Assembly: GCA_027532905.1 (NCBI GenBank)
Contig: JAPZUA010000001.1
Span: 147,565-211,564 of the forward strand
Direction: 5' to 3'
From: Magnetospirillum sp.
GTDB lineage: Bacteria; Pseudomonadota; Alphaproteobacteria; CACIAM-22H2
Length of the DNA stretch: 64,000 nt
A program made the translations under genes and the position numbers. This document shows positions 18,164-29,858 of the stretch, piece after piece; positions within the stretch are counted from its first letter, which is position 1; each line of letters begins with the position of its first letter. The notes beneath the pieces were generated by a model that saw only the letters and a list, made by a program, of their open reading frames with translations, was not told the origin of the DNA and did no database searches.

Positions 18164-19314
18164 TCGAGATCGCCTAATTCTTCGCGCACGGCCGCGAATG
18201 CGCCGTTGACCGCCGGCACGCCCGCATAGACAGAAGCATGCATCAAGAGTGCGCGCAACTCGGCGGGTGTGACGCCGTTCTTGAGGGCCGGGCGCAGATG
18301 AAGCTTGAATTCGGCCTCGCGGCCGAGTGCGATCATCATCGCAAGCGTGACGAGCGAGCGCGTTTTCAACGGCAGCGTCGCATCGCCCCACATCTCGCCC
18401 CACGCGATACGCGTGATGAAATCCTGCCACGGCTGACCGAAGGATCCAGCCTTGTCGAGCGAGCGCTGCACGTGGTCGACGCCGAGCACGGCTTTGCGGT
18501 TGGCAAGGCCGGCGGCGAAGGCCGCATCGGCGTGCACCTGCGACGGCGGCAGAAAATCGAGCAGCAAGGCGGCGGTCGCGTCGGCACGTTCGATCGCAAA
18601 CAGATGGGCGGCATCAGCGACGGCCGCAAAATTGGCACCCGCAATCCCACCGGCAAGGGTCTGGCCCATCTCGACGGTGGTGACGGGATCGAGCGTTGCC
18701 GCCACTACCAAGGTCGGTGCTTTGATGCGGGCCAATTGCGCGCCGAGATCGGCGTGTGCGATCGCCTCGCACGCGGCCGCATAGCCGTGCGCGTCGATGG
18801 CAAGGATACGATTGCGGTTGAGGACGACCATCGCCGGGTCGGCGGCAGGGCTGAACCAGCGCTGAAGCACGGCATCGACGATGGCGCCGAGCCCTTTCTC
18901 GCGCACGATCTTGGCGCGCGCAAGCCACGCGTCGGCTGGCGGCAACGCCGAGGCGGTGGCAAGGAGTGCAAGATGGCCGGTGCGCGCGGGAAAGCGGCTC
19001 GCAAAATCCTGCGCGACGATGCCGCCCATCGACAGACCGACGATATGCGCCTGTCCGATATCGAGCCGGTCCAGAAGCTGAACAAGATCGTCGGTATAGT
19101 CGCGCAAAGCGGCAGGGCCCGCTTGGTGCGCCGAGCGCCCGTGGCCGCGCGCATCGTAGCGCAGGCAGCGATAATGGGGGGCGAGGGCGCGCACCACGCC
19201 GTCCCACATCTCGACGGTCGCTCCAAGCGAGTTCGAAAACGCGACGACCGGGGCCGTGTGCGGGCCCGTGATATCGTAGAAGATCTTCTGACCGTTCAGT
19301 TCCGCAATCGGCAT
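18160..19314 (-). CDS. pcaL: bifunctional 3-oxoadipate enol-lactonase / 4-carboxymuconolactone decarboxylase (PcaL-type fusion)
   Basis: N-terminal alpha/beta hydrolase (GLSMGG) of about 260 aa plus a C-terminal carboxymuconolactone decarboxylase domain (AhpD-like). Start at the internal ATG at 19314. Confidence 0.8.
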   Translation of the reverse strand: MPIAELNGQKIFYDITGPHTAPVVAFSNSLGATVEMWDGVVRALAPHYRCLRYDARGHGRSAHQAGPAALRDYTDDLVQLLDRLDIGQAHIVGLSMGGIVAQDFASRFPARTGHLALLATASALPPADAWLARAKIVREKGLGAIVDAVLQRWFSPAADPAMVVLNRNRILAIDAHGYAAACEAIAHADLGAQLARIKAPTLVVAATLDPVTTVEMGQTLAGGIAGANFAAVADAAHLFAIERADATAALLLDFLPPSQVHADAAFAAGLANRKAVLGVDHVQRSLDKAGSFGQPWQDFITRIAWGEMWGDATLPLKTRSLVTLAMMIALGREAEFKLHLRPALKNGVTPAELRALLMHASVYAGVPAVNGAFAAVREELGDLE

Positions 19315-19322
19315 GTTTGCCA

Positions 19323-20687
19323 CTATGCGCGGGCGACGAGGCGCGCTGCAAGCGCATCCGCACGTGCCGCCACCGGCTCGACCCAAGCGGCGGCGGCCGT
19401 CACAGCCGCAGCAGGGTCGAACGCAACGCCAAGCGCTTTCGCGTCGAGGCCCGTGTCGGCCCCGGCAAGCACCGAATGCAGATCGCGCCCGCTGTCGCGC
19501 ACCGTATCGGCGGCACGTTCGACCAGCGCATGCGCCGCAGCGCGGCCGAGCTTGGGGGCGAGCAGCGAAGCCGCAGCATCCGCAAACACAAGGCCGCGCG
19601 TGGCGCCGAGATTGCGCAGCATCGCCGCTGCATCGACATGCAGCCCTTCGGCCAGAAAACGTGCATGTGCGACCGCACCACCCGCACAGCCGAACAGCGA
19701 CGCGACTGCATGCCATTCGGCGTGCCACGCCCCAGCCGGGCGCTCGTGGGCCGCAACGAGACTGCCGCTCAAACCTGCCGCAAGCCCGCCTGCCGCTTGC
19801 GCGTTGGCGAGGATCGCCGTAGCCGCGATCGGATTGCGCTTGTGCGGCATGGCGGTGGAACCGCCGCGCCCTTCGACATGCGGCTCGCTCACCTCGCCGA
19901 TTTCGGTCGAAGACAGCGCCACGATATCGCCCGCCATCTTGGCAAGCGTGCCGGCAAGTGTCGCAAGCCATTGCCCGGCCGCGACGATGCCCGCACGGCG
20001 CGTGTGCCAAGCGATGGGCGGCGCACCAAGACCGAGCTCGCGCGCATAGTCGGCCAGCACGGCGGGGCCTTTCACGCCAAGCGAGGCGAGCGTGCCGACC
20101 GGTCCGCCCAGTTGCGCCAGGCACGCAGCGTCGCGCCTTGCCGCGAGCGCGCTTGCCGCATCGGCGATGCCGGCAAGCCACACGGCCGCCTTGAAGCCGA
20201 ACGAAACGGGTGCGGCGTGTTGGCCGTAGCTGCGCGCAATACACGGCGTGTGCGCGTGGCGCCGCGCGAGGCTTGCAAGGGCGCGCAGCATGTCGGCAAG
20301 GTCGGCCGCCAAGAGATCGAACGCGACGGCCATCTGCAGCGCCAGTGCGGTGTCGAGAATGTCCTGCGACGTCGCCCCTTTGTGCAGATCGGCGCCGAAT
20401 TCGGCCGGCAGCAGCTTCTGCAGCGCCTTCACGAACGCGATCGTCGGCACGCCGGCAAGCACCGTTCCGGCCGCCAGCGCCTGCTTGTCGAACGAAGCGG
20501 GCGAGACGGCCTCGATCGAGTCGGCAAGGCCTGCAGGTGCGAGGCCCGCGCGCGCCTGAACGCGTGCGAGTGCTGCCTCGCTGCGCAGCATTGCGGCGAT
20601 CAACGCCTCGTCGGCGAACACCGCCGCCAAGCCGGGAGGGGCGAACAAAGGGCCAAAGATTTCGGAATCGAGAGGCGAAAAACTCAT
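19323..20687 (-). CDS. pcaB: 3-carboxy-cis,cis-muconate cycloisomerase
   Basis: Class II lyase signature GSTAMPHKRNP. Start MSFSPLDSEIFG. Confidence 0.85.
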   Translation of the reverse strand: MSFSPLDSEIFGPLFAPPGLAAVFADEALIAAMLRSEAALARVQARAGLAPAGLADSIEAVSPASFDKQALAAGTVLAGVPTIAFVKALQKLLPAEFGADLHKGATSQDILDTALALQMAVAFDLLAADLADMLRALASLARRHAHTPCIARSYGQHAAPVSFGFKAAVWLAGIADAASALAARRDAACLAQLGGPVGTLASLGVKGPAVLADYARELGLGAPPIAWHTRRAGIVAAGQWLATLAGTLAKMAGDIVALSSTEIGEVSEPHVEGRGGSTAMPHKRNPIAATAILANAQAAGGLAAGLSGSLVAAHERPAGAWHAEWHAVASLFGCAGGAVAHARFLAEGLHVDAAAMLRNLGATRGLVFADAAASLLAPKLGRAAAHALVERAADTVRDSGRDLHSVLAGADTGLDAKALGVAFDPAAAVTAAAAWVEPVAARADALAARLVARA

Positions 20688-20788
20688 CGTATTTTCGATT
20701 CTAACCGGTTCTGGGCGCCGCGCAATCGTTGCCCGCAAAGCATCGGCGTGCGATGCTCGTTTCCAACGACAAAAGAGGGGGAACACGC

Positions 20789-21964
20789 ATGCGAATTCGC
20801 CAGCTGCGGGCATTCATGACGCGCGACAAAGACCGTCCGCGCGTGCTCGTCGCCATCGACACCGACGAGGGAATTACGGGCTGGGGCGAGTGCTACAATC
20901 ACGGGCCCGACCGCGCCCTGATCCCGCTGCTCGACTATCTGGCGATCTTTCTGGCGGGCCAGGATCCGCGCCGCATCGAATATCTGATCCTTTATCTGCT
21001 GCAGCAGAGCCGCTTCCCGCCCGGCGCTTTGGGCCTCGCCGCGATCTCGGCGATCGACCATTGCCTGTGGGACATTTCGGCAAAAGCGCTCGGCGTGCCT
21101 GTCTATCGGCTGCTCGGCGGCGAGGTACGCAACCGCGTCCAGGTTTATGCCGGCGTCTACACCGCCCCCGATCCGCTGATCGCGCGCGATACGTTCGACG
21201 CGCTTTCGGGCGAGTGGGGCATCACGGCTTTCAAACTCAGCCCCTATCGCGGCGACCTCCATCGCCGGCGCTGGGGTGACGTGGTCCGCGAGAGCGCCGC
21301 CTATTTCGCGGCCCTGCGCGAAACCGTGCGCGCCGACTACGAAATCGCGTTCGACGCGCACGCCAAACTCTTCGAGCCCGTGCAGGCCATGCAGCTCGGC
21401 AACGCGCTTGCCCCTTACGATCCGCTGTTCTTCGAAGAGCCGATCCGGCCCGAAAACTTCGAAGCCTGGGGAGCGCTCAAAGCGCGGCTCGACTGCCCGC
21501 TTGCGACCGGCGAATGCCTCTATAGCCGCTTCGAATTCCTGCGCTTGCTGCAGGTGCGCGGTGCAGACATCATCCAGCCCGACATTTGCGTGGTTGGCGG
21601 CCTGCTCGAAATGCGCAAGATCGCCGCAATCGCCGAAGCGCACTACGTGACCGTGGCGCCGCACAACCCGATGGGTCCACTTGCCACGGCCGTGAACGTG
21701 CATTTCAGCGCTGCCCAGCCCAACTTCAAGATCCTCGAATATCGCCTGCCGCACGGTGCCAATTACGACGACAAAAACCCCGACCAGCTCGGCGCACCCT
21801 ACGTGCGCGATCCGTATTTGCCCAAGGACGGGCATCTCGAATTGCGGCCCGACCGGCCGGGCTGGGGTGTCGAGATCGACGAAGAGGTGCTGAAGCGCGA
21901 CGGCTACATACACTGGCAGCGCAAAGTCCCGACCAAGCCCGACGGCAGCAGCGGCTACGTATAG
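20789..21964 (+). CDS. enolase-superfamily (MR/MLE) sugar-acid dehydratase, galactonate/mannonate-dehydratase-like
   Basis: MRIRQLRAFMTRD...TGWGEC...DCPLATGE core. RBS AGAGGGGGAA. Confidence 0.7.
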   Translation: MRIRQLRAFMTRDKDRPRVLVAIDTDEGITGWGECYNHGPDRALIPLLDYLAIFLAGQDPRRIEYLILYLLQQSRFPPGALGLAAISAIDHCLWDISAKALGVPVYRLLGGEVRNRVQVYAGVYTAPDPLIARDTFDALSGEWGITAFKLSPYRGDLHRRRWGDVVRESAAYFAALRETVRADYEIAFDAHAKLFEPVQAMQLGNALAPYDPLFFEEPIRPENFEAWGALKARLDCPLATGECLYSRFEFLRLLQVRGADIIQPDICVVGGLLEMRKIAAIAEAHYVTVAPHNPMGPLATAVNVHFSAAQPNFKILEYRLPHGANYDDKNPDQLGAPYVRDPYLPKDGHLELRPDRPGWGVEIDEEVLKRDGYIHWQRKVPTKPDGSSGYV

Positions 21965-21965
21965 G

Positions 21966-22688
21966 CTAGCGGCCCTTGGCTTTGCGCCATGCCTCGAAAT
22001 CGATTTTCGATTTTTCGTCGGTCGGCGGATAGAGGCCCGCGATCGAGCGACCCTCCTGCACTTTCTCGACGACGAAGTCCTCGAACGCCGTCATCTCGAC
22101 GGCTTCGGTCGCGACTTCATCGGCAATCTCCGCCGGGATCACAACCACGCCCTCGCGGTCGCCGACCAGGACGTCACCGGGCCAAACCGGCACGTCGCCG
22201 CAGCCGATCGGAACGTTGCTTTCGACCGCCTGGTGGAGCGTGAGATTGGCGGGTGCCGACGGGCGATGGTGGTAGGCCGGAAACGGCAGAGCCGCAATCT
22301 CGGGCGAATCGCGAAAGCCGCCGTCGGTCACGATGCCCGCTACGCCGCGCACCATAAGGCGCGTGACGAGGATGCCGCCGGCGGACGCAGCGCGCGCATC
22401 CTTGCGGCTGTCCATCACCAACACGGCCCCCTTCGGGCATTCTTCGATCGCAACGCGCTGCGGATGCTTGCGGTCGAGAAACACCGTGATCGGGTTTAGA
22501 TCTTCGCGCGCCGGGATGTAGCGCAGCGTATAGGCCTCGCCGACCATGTTCGGCAGGTTCCCGTTCAAGGGCCGCACGTCCTGGATGAACTGGTTGCGCA
22601 AGCCCCGCTTGAACAACGCCGTGCACAAGGTGGCGACGCTGACCTGCATCAGCTTTGCCCGCGTCGCATCCGATAGTTTCGGCGCCAT
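21966..22688 (-). CDS. RraA family protein (class II aldolase/4-hydroxy-2-oxo-acid aldolase-like)
   Basis: RraA/MenG-like fold residues (GGILVTRLMVRGVAGIVTDGGFRD). Confidence 0.65.
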   Translation of the reverse strand: MAPKLSDATRAKLMQVSVATLCTALFKRGLRNQFIQDVRPLNGNLPNMVGEAYTLRYIPAREDLNPITVFLDRKHPQRVAIEECPKGAVLVMDSRKDARAASAGGILVTRLMVRGVAGIVTDGGFRDSPEIAALPFPAYHHRPSAPANLTLHQAVESNVPIGCGDVPVWPGDVLVGDREGVVVIPAEIADEVATEAVEMTAFEDFVVEKVQEGRSIAGLYPPTDEKSKIDFEAWRKAKGR

Positions 22689-22691
22689 CGC

Positions 22692-23915
22692 TCAGCCCTT
22701 CGGGAAATAGACGCCGCGCTTGAGGCGCGTCTGCACATAGACCTGCTCGTCGTACGTACCCTCGGCATAGGCGCCGCTTTTGGCGGCACCCGGGATCGAG
22801 ACGTTGCATTCGCTCGGGTGCTGCTTGACGAAAGCCTCGTCGATGTCGACGCCGAGCCCGGGCCCGTCAGGCACTTTGAGGAAGCCGTTTTCCTGCAGGG
22901 GATGCGGCACTACGGTCTGCGCGCGCCCCACCCAATCGTCTTCGATGCGTTCGAGGATGAGGCCGTTCGGGATCGCCGCCAGCACATGCAGGGCAGCGTA
23001 TTCGGCGACGGGCCCGAGCGAGCCCGAATGCGGCGCCATCATGATGTGGTGCGCTTCGGCCTGGGCCGCGATCTTCTTCATCTGCGTAATGCCGCCCGCA
23101 CGGCCCGTGTCGGGCTGCACGATATCGACAAGATCTTTTTCGATGAGTTCGCGCAAGCCGTAGACCGTTGCCATGCGCTCGCCCGCTGCGAGCGTCACGT
23201 TTGCCGAATCGCGGATGCGCCGGAAGCCGTCGAGATTTTCGGGTGCGATCGGATCTTCGACGAACATCAGTCGATAGGGCTCGAGGGCGCGTGCCACTTG
23301 CGCTGCGTCGGCTGGCGTCAGCCACGGCGGCCCGTGCAGATCGATCATCAGATCCATCTCGTCGCCGATCGCGTCGCGCAGCATCGCCACTTTGCGCACG
23401 GGATCCGAGACGCCGCCGCACTTGATCGCCGTGATGCCGCGCTTCTTGAGCGACAGCGCGACCTCGGCCGTGTTGGCATGCGCGTAGATGCGAATGCGGT
23501 CGCGGATTTTGCCGCCGAGCAAATTCCAGACCGGCGTATTGAGCGCCTTGCCCTTGATGTCCCACAGCGCCATGTCGATGCCGGTCATCGCCCCGCCGCC
23601 GACCGTGCCGACCATGCCGTGGCCCATGATGGCGCACATCATCTTCTGCCACAGCCGCTCGATATGCATGGGGTCTTCGCCGATCAGGATCGATTTGAGA
23701 TCCTGCACGGCCGTCTGGATCACGCGCGGCCAGCCGCTGCATTCGCCGATGCCGACGATCCCTTCGTCGGTATGCACCTTCACGAACAGCCAGTTGCGCG
23801 TGCCCGTGAGCCCCTGGCGCGTCGCTTTTGTTCCGAACGAACCGTCGGACGCCCACCCGCGTAGATTGGGCGCATCGACCTGCATCAAAAACGTCTCAAT
23901 ATCGACGATACGCAA
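22692..23915 (-). CDS. enolase-superfamily (MR/MLE) dehydratase
   Basis: GIGECSGWPRV..., KIAAQAEAHHIMMAPH. Same operon as the RraA-like gene and the ABC transporter. Confidence 0.7.
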   Translation of the reverse strand: MRIVDIETFLMQVDAPNLRGWASDGSFGTKATRQGLTGTRNWLFVKVHTDEGIVGIGECSGWPRVIQTAVQDLKSILIGEDPMHIERLWQKMMCAIMGHGMVGTVGGGAMTGIDMALWDIKGKALNTPVWNLLGGKIRDRIRIYAHANTAEVALSLKKRGITAIKCGGVSDPVRKVAMLRDAIGDEMDLMIDLHGPPWLTPADAAQVARALEPYRLMFVEDPIAPENLDGFRRIRDSANVTLAAGERMATVYGLRELIEKDLVDIVQPDTGRAGGITQMKKIAAQAEAHHIMMAPHSGSLGPVAEYAALHVLAAIPNGLILERIEDDWVGRAQTVVPHPLQENGFLKVPDGPGLGVDIDEAFVKQHPSECNVSIPGAAKSGAYAEGTYDEQVYVQTRLKRGVYFPKG

Positions 23916-23936
23916 AAGAACTCTCCCCCGATAGCC

Positions 23937-25630
<1,694 letters not shown>

Positions 25631-25634
<4 letters not shown>

Positions 25635-26752
25635 TTGTTGTAGGGGTCGGCTGCATCGCGCAGGCCGTCGCCGAGGAAGTTGAGCGCCATCACCGCGACC
25701 ACGACGGCCGCACCGGGGGCAAACAGCCACGGGGCCGTGGCGATCGAGCGAATATTCTGCGCCTCGCGCAGCAGCACGCCCCACGAGATCGTCGGCGGCT
25801 GCAGCCCGAGCCCCAGGAAGGACAGCGAGGTTTCAGCCAAGATCATCGCCGGGATCGCGAGCGTAATGCTTGCGATGATGTGGCTCATGAAGCTCGGCAG
25901 CATGTGGCGGAAAATCACGCGCCCTTCCGAGGCACCGTCGAGCCGTGCGGCCACGACGAACTCCTCGGTGCGCAGGCTCAGGAAGCGGCCGCGCACCACG
26001 CGCGCCAACTGCGCCCAGCCGGTCAGCGAGAGAATGACCGTGATCATGAAATACTGCGTGGTGGCGGGCCAGTCCTGCGGCATGGCAGCGGCCAATGCGA
26101 GCCAGATCGGGATCGACGGCAGCGACAGAATGAATTCGATCACGCGCTGGATCCCGAAATCGAGCTTGCCGCCGAAATAGCCCGATATGCCGCCGAGCAC
26201 CACGCCGATCGTCAGCGAAAGGAACACGCCGACCAATCCCAGTGACAGCGATATCTGCGCACCCTGCATGATGCGGCTGTAGACGCAGCGCCCGAGACGG
26301 TCCGCACCGAGCAGGAACAGCGGTTGGCGCGCATCGCTCGAGGCGAACATGTGCCGGTCGGTCGGGAACAGGCCGAACAAATTGTATTCGTAGCCCCTGC
26401 CGAATATTTCGAGCGGAATCTTGCGGCTCGTATCTTCGACATACACGGCCGCCAGCGACACGGGATCGCGACGCAGCGCGTAGGGATGGAAATAGGGACG
26501 GAACGCGAAGCCGTCGTCGGTGTCGAAAAAATGGATGGTCTGCGGCGGGTGGAAGGCGGCCCGCGCATTCTGGCGGGCAGGATCGTTCACGGCGAAAAAG
26601 CCCGGGATCGCCGCAACGAGATAGAGGAAGGCCACCACCACGAGCCCCACCATCGCGAGATGATGGCGCTTGAAAGCCCACCACAGCAATTGCCATTGCG
26701 AGGCAACCGCCATCTGCTTGGCATCGACCGCCCCTTCTGCAAGCGCCGCCAT
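25631..26752 (-). CDS. ABC transporter permease (DppC/OppC-like)
   Basis: BPD transport-system inner-membrane component; 6 TM helices. Confidence 0.75.
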
Positions 26753-26755
26753 CGT

Positions 26756-27742
26756 CTACTCCAACCGGATACGCGGGTCGACGAGAGCGAGCAGAATGTC
26801 GCTGACGAGTGAGCCCAGCAAAGTCAAAGCGCAGATCAGCAGCACGAAGGCGCCGGCCAGATACATGTCCTGGCTCATTAGCGACTGCAGCAGCATGGGC
26901 CCCGCGGTCGGCAGGCTCAGCACGATCGCAACGATAACAGAGCCCGACACGAGATTGGGCAGAAGCCACGCGATCGTCGAGATGAACGGATTGAGGGCCA
27001 CGCGCAGCGGGTATTTGACGAGCAAGGCGAACTCCGAAAGCCCTTTGGCGCGCGCCGTAGTGACGTAGGGCTTGTTGAGTTCGTCGAGCATGTTGGCGCG
27101 CATCACGCGGATGAGGCTCGCCGTACCGGACACCGCGAGGATCACGACCGGCACCCACAGATGCGACAAGAGATCGAGCACCTTGCCGAAGCTCCAAGGT
27201 GCGGCGACGTAAGGCTCGGAGAACAGCCCGCCGACATCCTGGCCGAACTTAACGGCCGCCACATACATGAGCACGAGGGCGAGCAGGAAGCTCGGGATCG
27301 CAAGCCCCAGAAAACTGAAGAAGGTCGCGATATAGTCGCCGACCGAGTATTTTTTGACCGCTGAAAAAACGCCGATCGGGAGCGCCAGCCCCCAGGTCAG
27401 CAGCAACGTCGAGACCGTCAGCAGCAAGGTCAGCGACATGCGCTCCCAGATGAGTTCGGAAACCGGCTGCTGCCACTCGAAGCTCAGGCCGAAATTGCCT
27501 TCGGTCACGATGCCGAAGATCCATTTTCCGTACTGCACGATCATCGGCTGATCGAGGCCGAAGCGCGCGCGCAGATCGGCGGCCGTGTTCTGGTCCACGA
27601 TTTCGTTCGAAGCGGCGAGCGTCGCGATATAGGTCGTAACGTAGTCGCCCGGCGGCAGTTCGATCAGCACGAACGACAGGAAGCTCAACGCCACCAGCGA
27701 CGGGATCATCCACAACAGACGCGAAACGATGAAGCGCAGCAT
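26756..27742 (-). CDS. ABC transporter permease (DppB/OppB-like)
   Basis: MLRFIVSRLLWMIPSLVALSFLSF start typical of DppB/OppB. Confidence 0.75.
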   Translation of the reverse strand: MLRFIVSRLLWMIPSLVALSFLSFVLIELPPGDYVTTYIATLAASNEIVDQNTAADLRARFGLDQPMIVQYGKWIFGIVTEGNFGLSFEWQQPVSELIWERMSLTLLLTVSTLLLTWGLALPIGVFSAVKKYSVGDYIATFFSFLGLAIPSFLLALVLMYVAAVKFGQDVGGLFSEPYVAAPWSFGKVLDLLSHLWVPVVILAVSGTASLIRVMRANMLDELNKPYVTTARAKGLSEFALLVKYPLRVALNPFISTIAWLLPNLVSGSVIVAIVLSLPTAGPMLLQSLMSQDMYLAGAFVLLICALTLLGSLVSDILLALVDPRIRLE

Positions 27743-27828
27743 TCGTGTTCGGGTTTCCGCTTGGGGGAAGAAGGCGGCGGCCGGCCCCGCCCTTTTCGAA
27801 GGGCAGGACCGGCCGCGCGAACCGTTCG

Positions 27829-29784
27829 TTACGTCGTGAAGAAGAACTGCTGCGGCAGGGACGGGCCCGGGTTGGGCCAGCTCCAGGCCTGCGGCATCTT
27901 CAGCGGCACGTTGCGCAGGTTGTTCTTCGCGATGCCGAACGAGTTGACCGCAAGGCAGACGCCGATCGTCTCGAAAGCGTCGGCCGTGAGGTCGAGCATT
28001 TCCTTGACGATCTGGCCGCGCTTGGCGATGTCGGGCGTGGCGCGCGCATCGTCGAACAGCTTCATGCGGCGCTTTTGGCTTTCCGGCGGCTCCTGGCCTT
28101 CCTTGCCGCCCGACACGTACCATTGCGTCCACGGGATCGCGTAACGCGAGCCTTGCGGATGCTGGGCGAGATAGTCGCGCGGATCGAGGATCGGATCGAG
28201 ACCACCGGGGCCGGGCCACGTCGCCGCGTCGTGGTCGTTATTGTCGCCGCGCGTGTAGTAGAGGGCGCGCTCGATCGTGTTGACTTTGATGTCGACGCCC
28301 AGTGCCGCCCAGTGGCGCTTGACGAGTTCGAGCGTGTCGACCGCGTCCGGGTAGAGGGTCGGGATCACGTCGATCGCGAAGAACACTTTTTGCCCATCGG
28401 GGCGCAGGCGCATGCGGTCGGGCCCACGCCGGTAGCCGAGGCGGTCGAGGATCGCGTTGGCTTGGGCCGGATCGTGGCTCGTGAACTGGCGCGCGAGCTT
28501 TTCGTGGTACCAGGGATGGCCCGGGCGCGGCCCGGTCTGGTAGGGCTCCGACTGGCCGAGATAGACGAGATCGATGATCTCTTTGCGGTCGATGCCGAGC
28601 GACAGCGCCTGGCGGAACTCCTTGTTGGCGAACATGGCGCGCATCGCGGGATCTTTGTGCGTCATGTTCAGATAGATCATGCATTGCTGCGCGCCGGAGG
28701 CGACCAGCTCGACGAGGCGGTAGGCGCCGCGCTGCATGTTCTGCGACAGGGTCGGCTTGTTCTGCAGCGAGTCGATGTGGCGGTCCTGGATGTCGATACG
28801 GCCCGAGATCGTGTCGAGCATCAGCGATTCGACGTCCTGCGAGATGTTCATCGTCAGCTGGTCGATATAGGGCAGCTGTGCGCCGTTGGTGTCGACCTGC
28901 CAGAAATACGGATTGCGGCGCATCGTCACGCGCGTCGCACCGCCCGTGTAGGCTTCCGCGACGACCCAGGGATCGAGCGTGGGCTTCTCGGCGTTGCCCC
29001 AGCGCGACGGAATTTCAATGTCGCCACAGCGCGCGCGGAACAAAGTCGGCCAATCCGAAAGGTTGGCCGCGCGCACCTGGGCGTCGAGGCCAGTGTTATA
29101 TTTCGGATGGAACTGGCTGCAATAATGCTTCGGGAACAGCGTGGGATGCTGACCGAGCGGCGTGGCCAGATTCTCGAGGAACATCGCATAGGGTGCTTCG
29201 AACGCGAACTTCACGGCCGTGTCGCTGACCTTGGTTACGACGGCCGGCTTACCGCCGATCGTGAGCACCGAGGGGACCGAGCGGTAGAGTTCGGAATTCT
29301 TCGTGCAGTCCTCGATCGCGAACACGACGTCGTCGGCGGTGAAGGGTTTGCCGTCCGACCATTTCATGCCCTGGCGCAGATGGAACACGAACTCGGTCGC
29401 GGTGGCGTTCACGTCCCAGCGTTCGGCGACGTTCGGCAGCACTTGCGTGAATTCGAGGTTCCAGCGCACGAGGCCTTGGTTGCCGACCATGCGCAGAATT
29501 CCGTTGTGGTCGCTCGAGCCGCGCAGGCCCCGGCGCAGCGTGCCGCCGTAGCGGCCCACGGTTTCGTGCGGCGTGACTACCATCGGATTGCGCGGCAGGC
29601 GCTGGTCGAGCGGCGGCAGGCGGTTTTCGGCGACCATGCGCGCGAGTTCGGGCGCTTCTTTGGGTGCGGCTTGGGCCAACGCCAAAGGCGGGCTTGCGGC
29701 GAGGGCAGCCACCCCGGCCACACCCTGCAGCAGAACGCGCCGCGATACGGCGCTCTCGGTCTTCGAATCCTGACGGTCCGACAT
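27829..29784 (-). CDS. ABC transporter substrate-binding protein, family 5 (peptide/opine/nickel-type), Tat-exported
   Basis: SRRVLLQGVAGVAALAASPPLALA Tat signal. 651 aa, SBP_bac_5 size. Confidence 0.75.
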   Translation of the reverse strand: MSDRQDSKTESAVSRRVLLQGVAGVAALAASPPLALAQAAPKEAPELARMVAENRLPPLDQRLPRNPMVVTPHETVGRYGGTLRRGLRGSSDHNGILRMVGNQGLVRWNLEFTQVLPNVAERWDVNATATEFVFHLRQGMKWSDGKPFTADDVVFAIEDCTKNSELYRSVPSVLTIGGKPAVVTKVSDTAVKFAFEAPYAMFLENLATPLGQHPTLFPKHYCSQFHPKYNTGLDAQVRAANLSDWPTLFRARCGDIEIPSRWGNAEKPTLDPWVVAEAYTGGATRVTMRRNPYFWQVDTNGAQLPYIDQLTMNISQDVESLMLDTISGRIDIQDRHIDSLQNKPTLSQNMQRGAYRLVELVASGAQQCMIYLNMTHKDPAMRAMFANKEFRQALSLGIDRKEIIDLVYLGQSEPYQTGPRPGHPWYHEKLARQFTSHDPAQANAILDRLGYRRGPDRMRLRPDGQKVFFAIDVIPTLYPDAVDTLELVKRHWAALGVDIKVNTIERALYYTRGDNNDHDAATWPGPGGLDPILDPRDYLAQHPQGSRYAIPWTQWYVSGGKEGQEPPESQKRRMKLFDDARATPDIAKRGQIVKEMLDLTADAFETIGVCLAVNSFGIAKNNLRNVPLKMPQAWSWPNPGPSLPQQFFFTT

Positions 29785-29837
29785 CGGTTCCCTCCCGTTA
29801 TGATGCGCCTTGGGGCGCGTTTGTTGGTTTCATTAGG

Positions 29838-29858
29838 GCACTAATATATCAGAGTGTC
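29838..29858. promoter_or_regulatory. GntR operator-like half-palindrome upstream of the ABC transporter operon
   Basis: GCACTAATATATcagaGTG shares 12 nt with the perfect palindrome at 30677-30696. Confidence 0.5.

Noticed and set aside
18160-20244. 694-aa minus-strand ORF read as one protein
   Set aside because: The N-terminal ~300 residues are Cys/Arg-rich nonsense overlapping pcaB in another frame. The real gene starts at internal ATG 19314 (pcaL).
27745-29844. 699-aa plus-strand ORF
   Set aside because: Antisense to the family-5 binding-protein gene.
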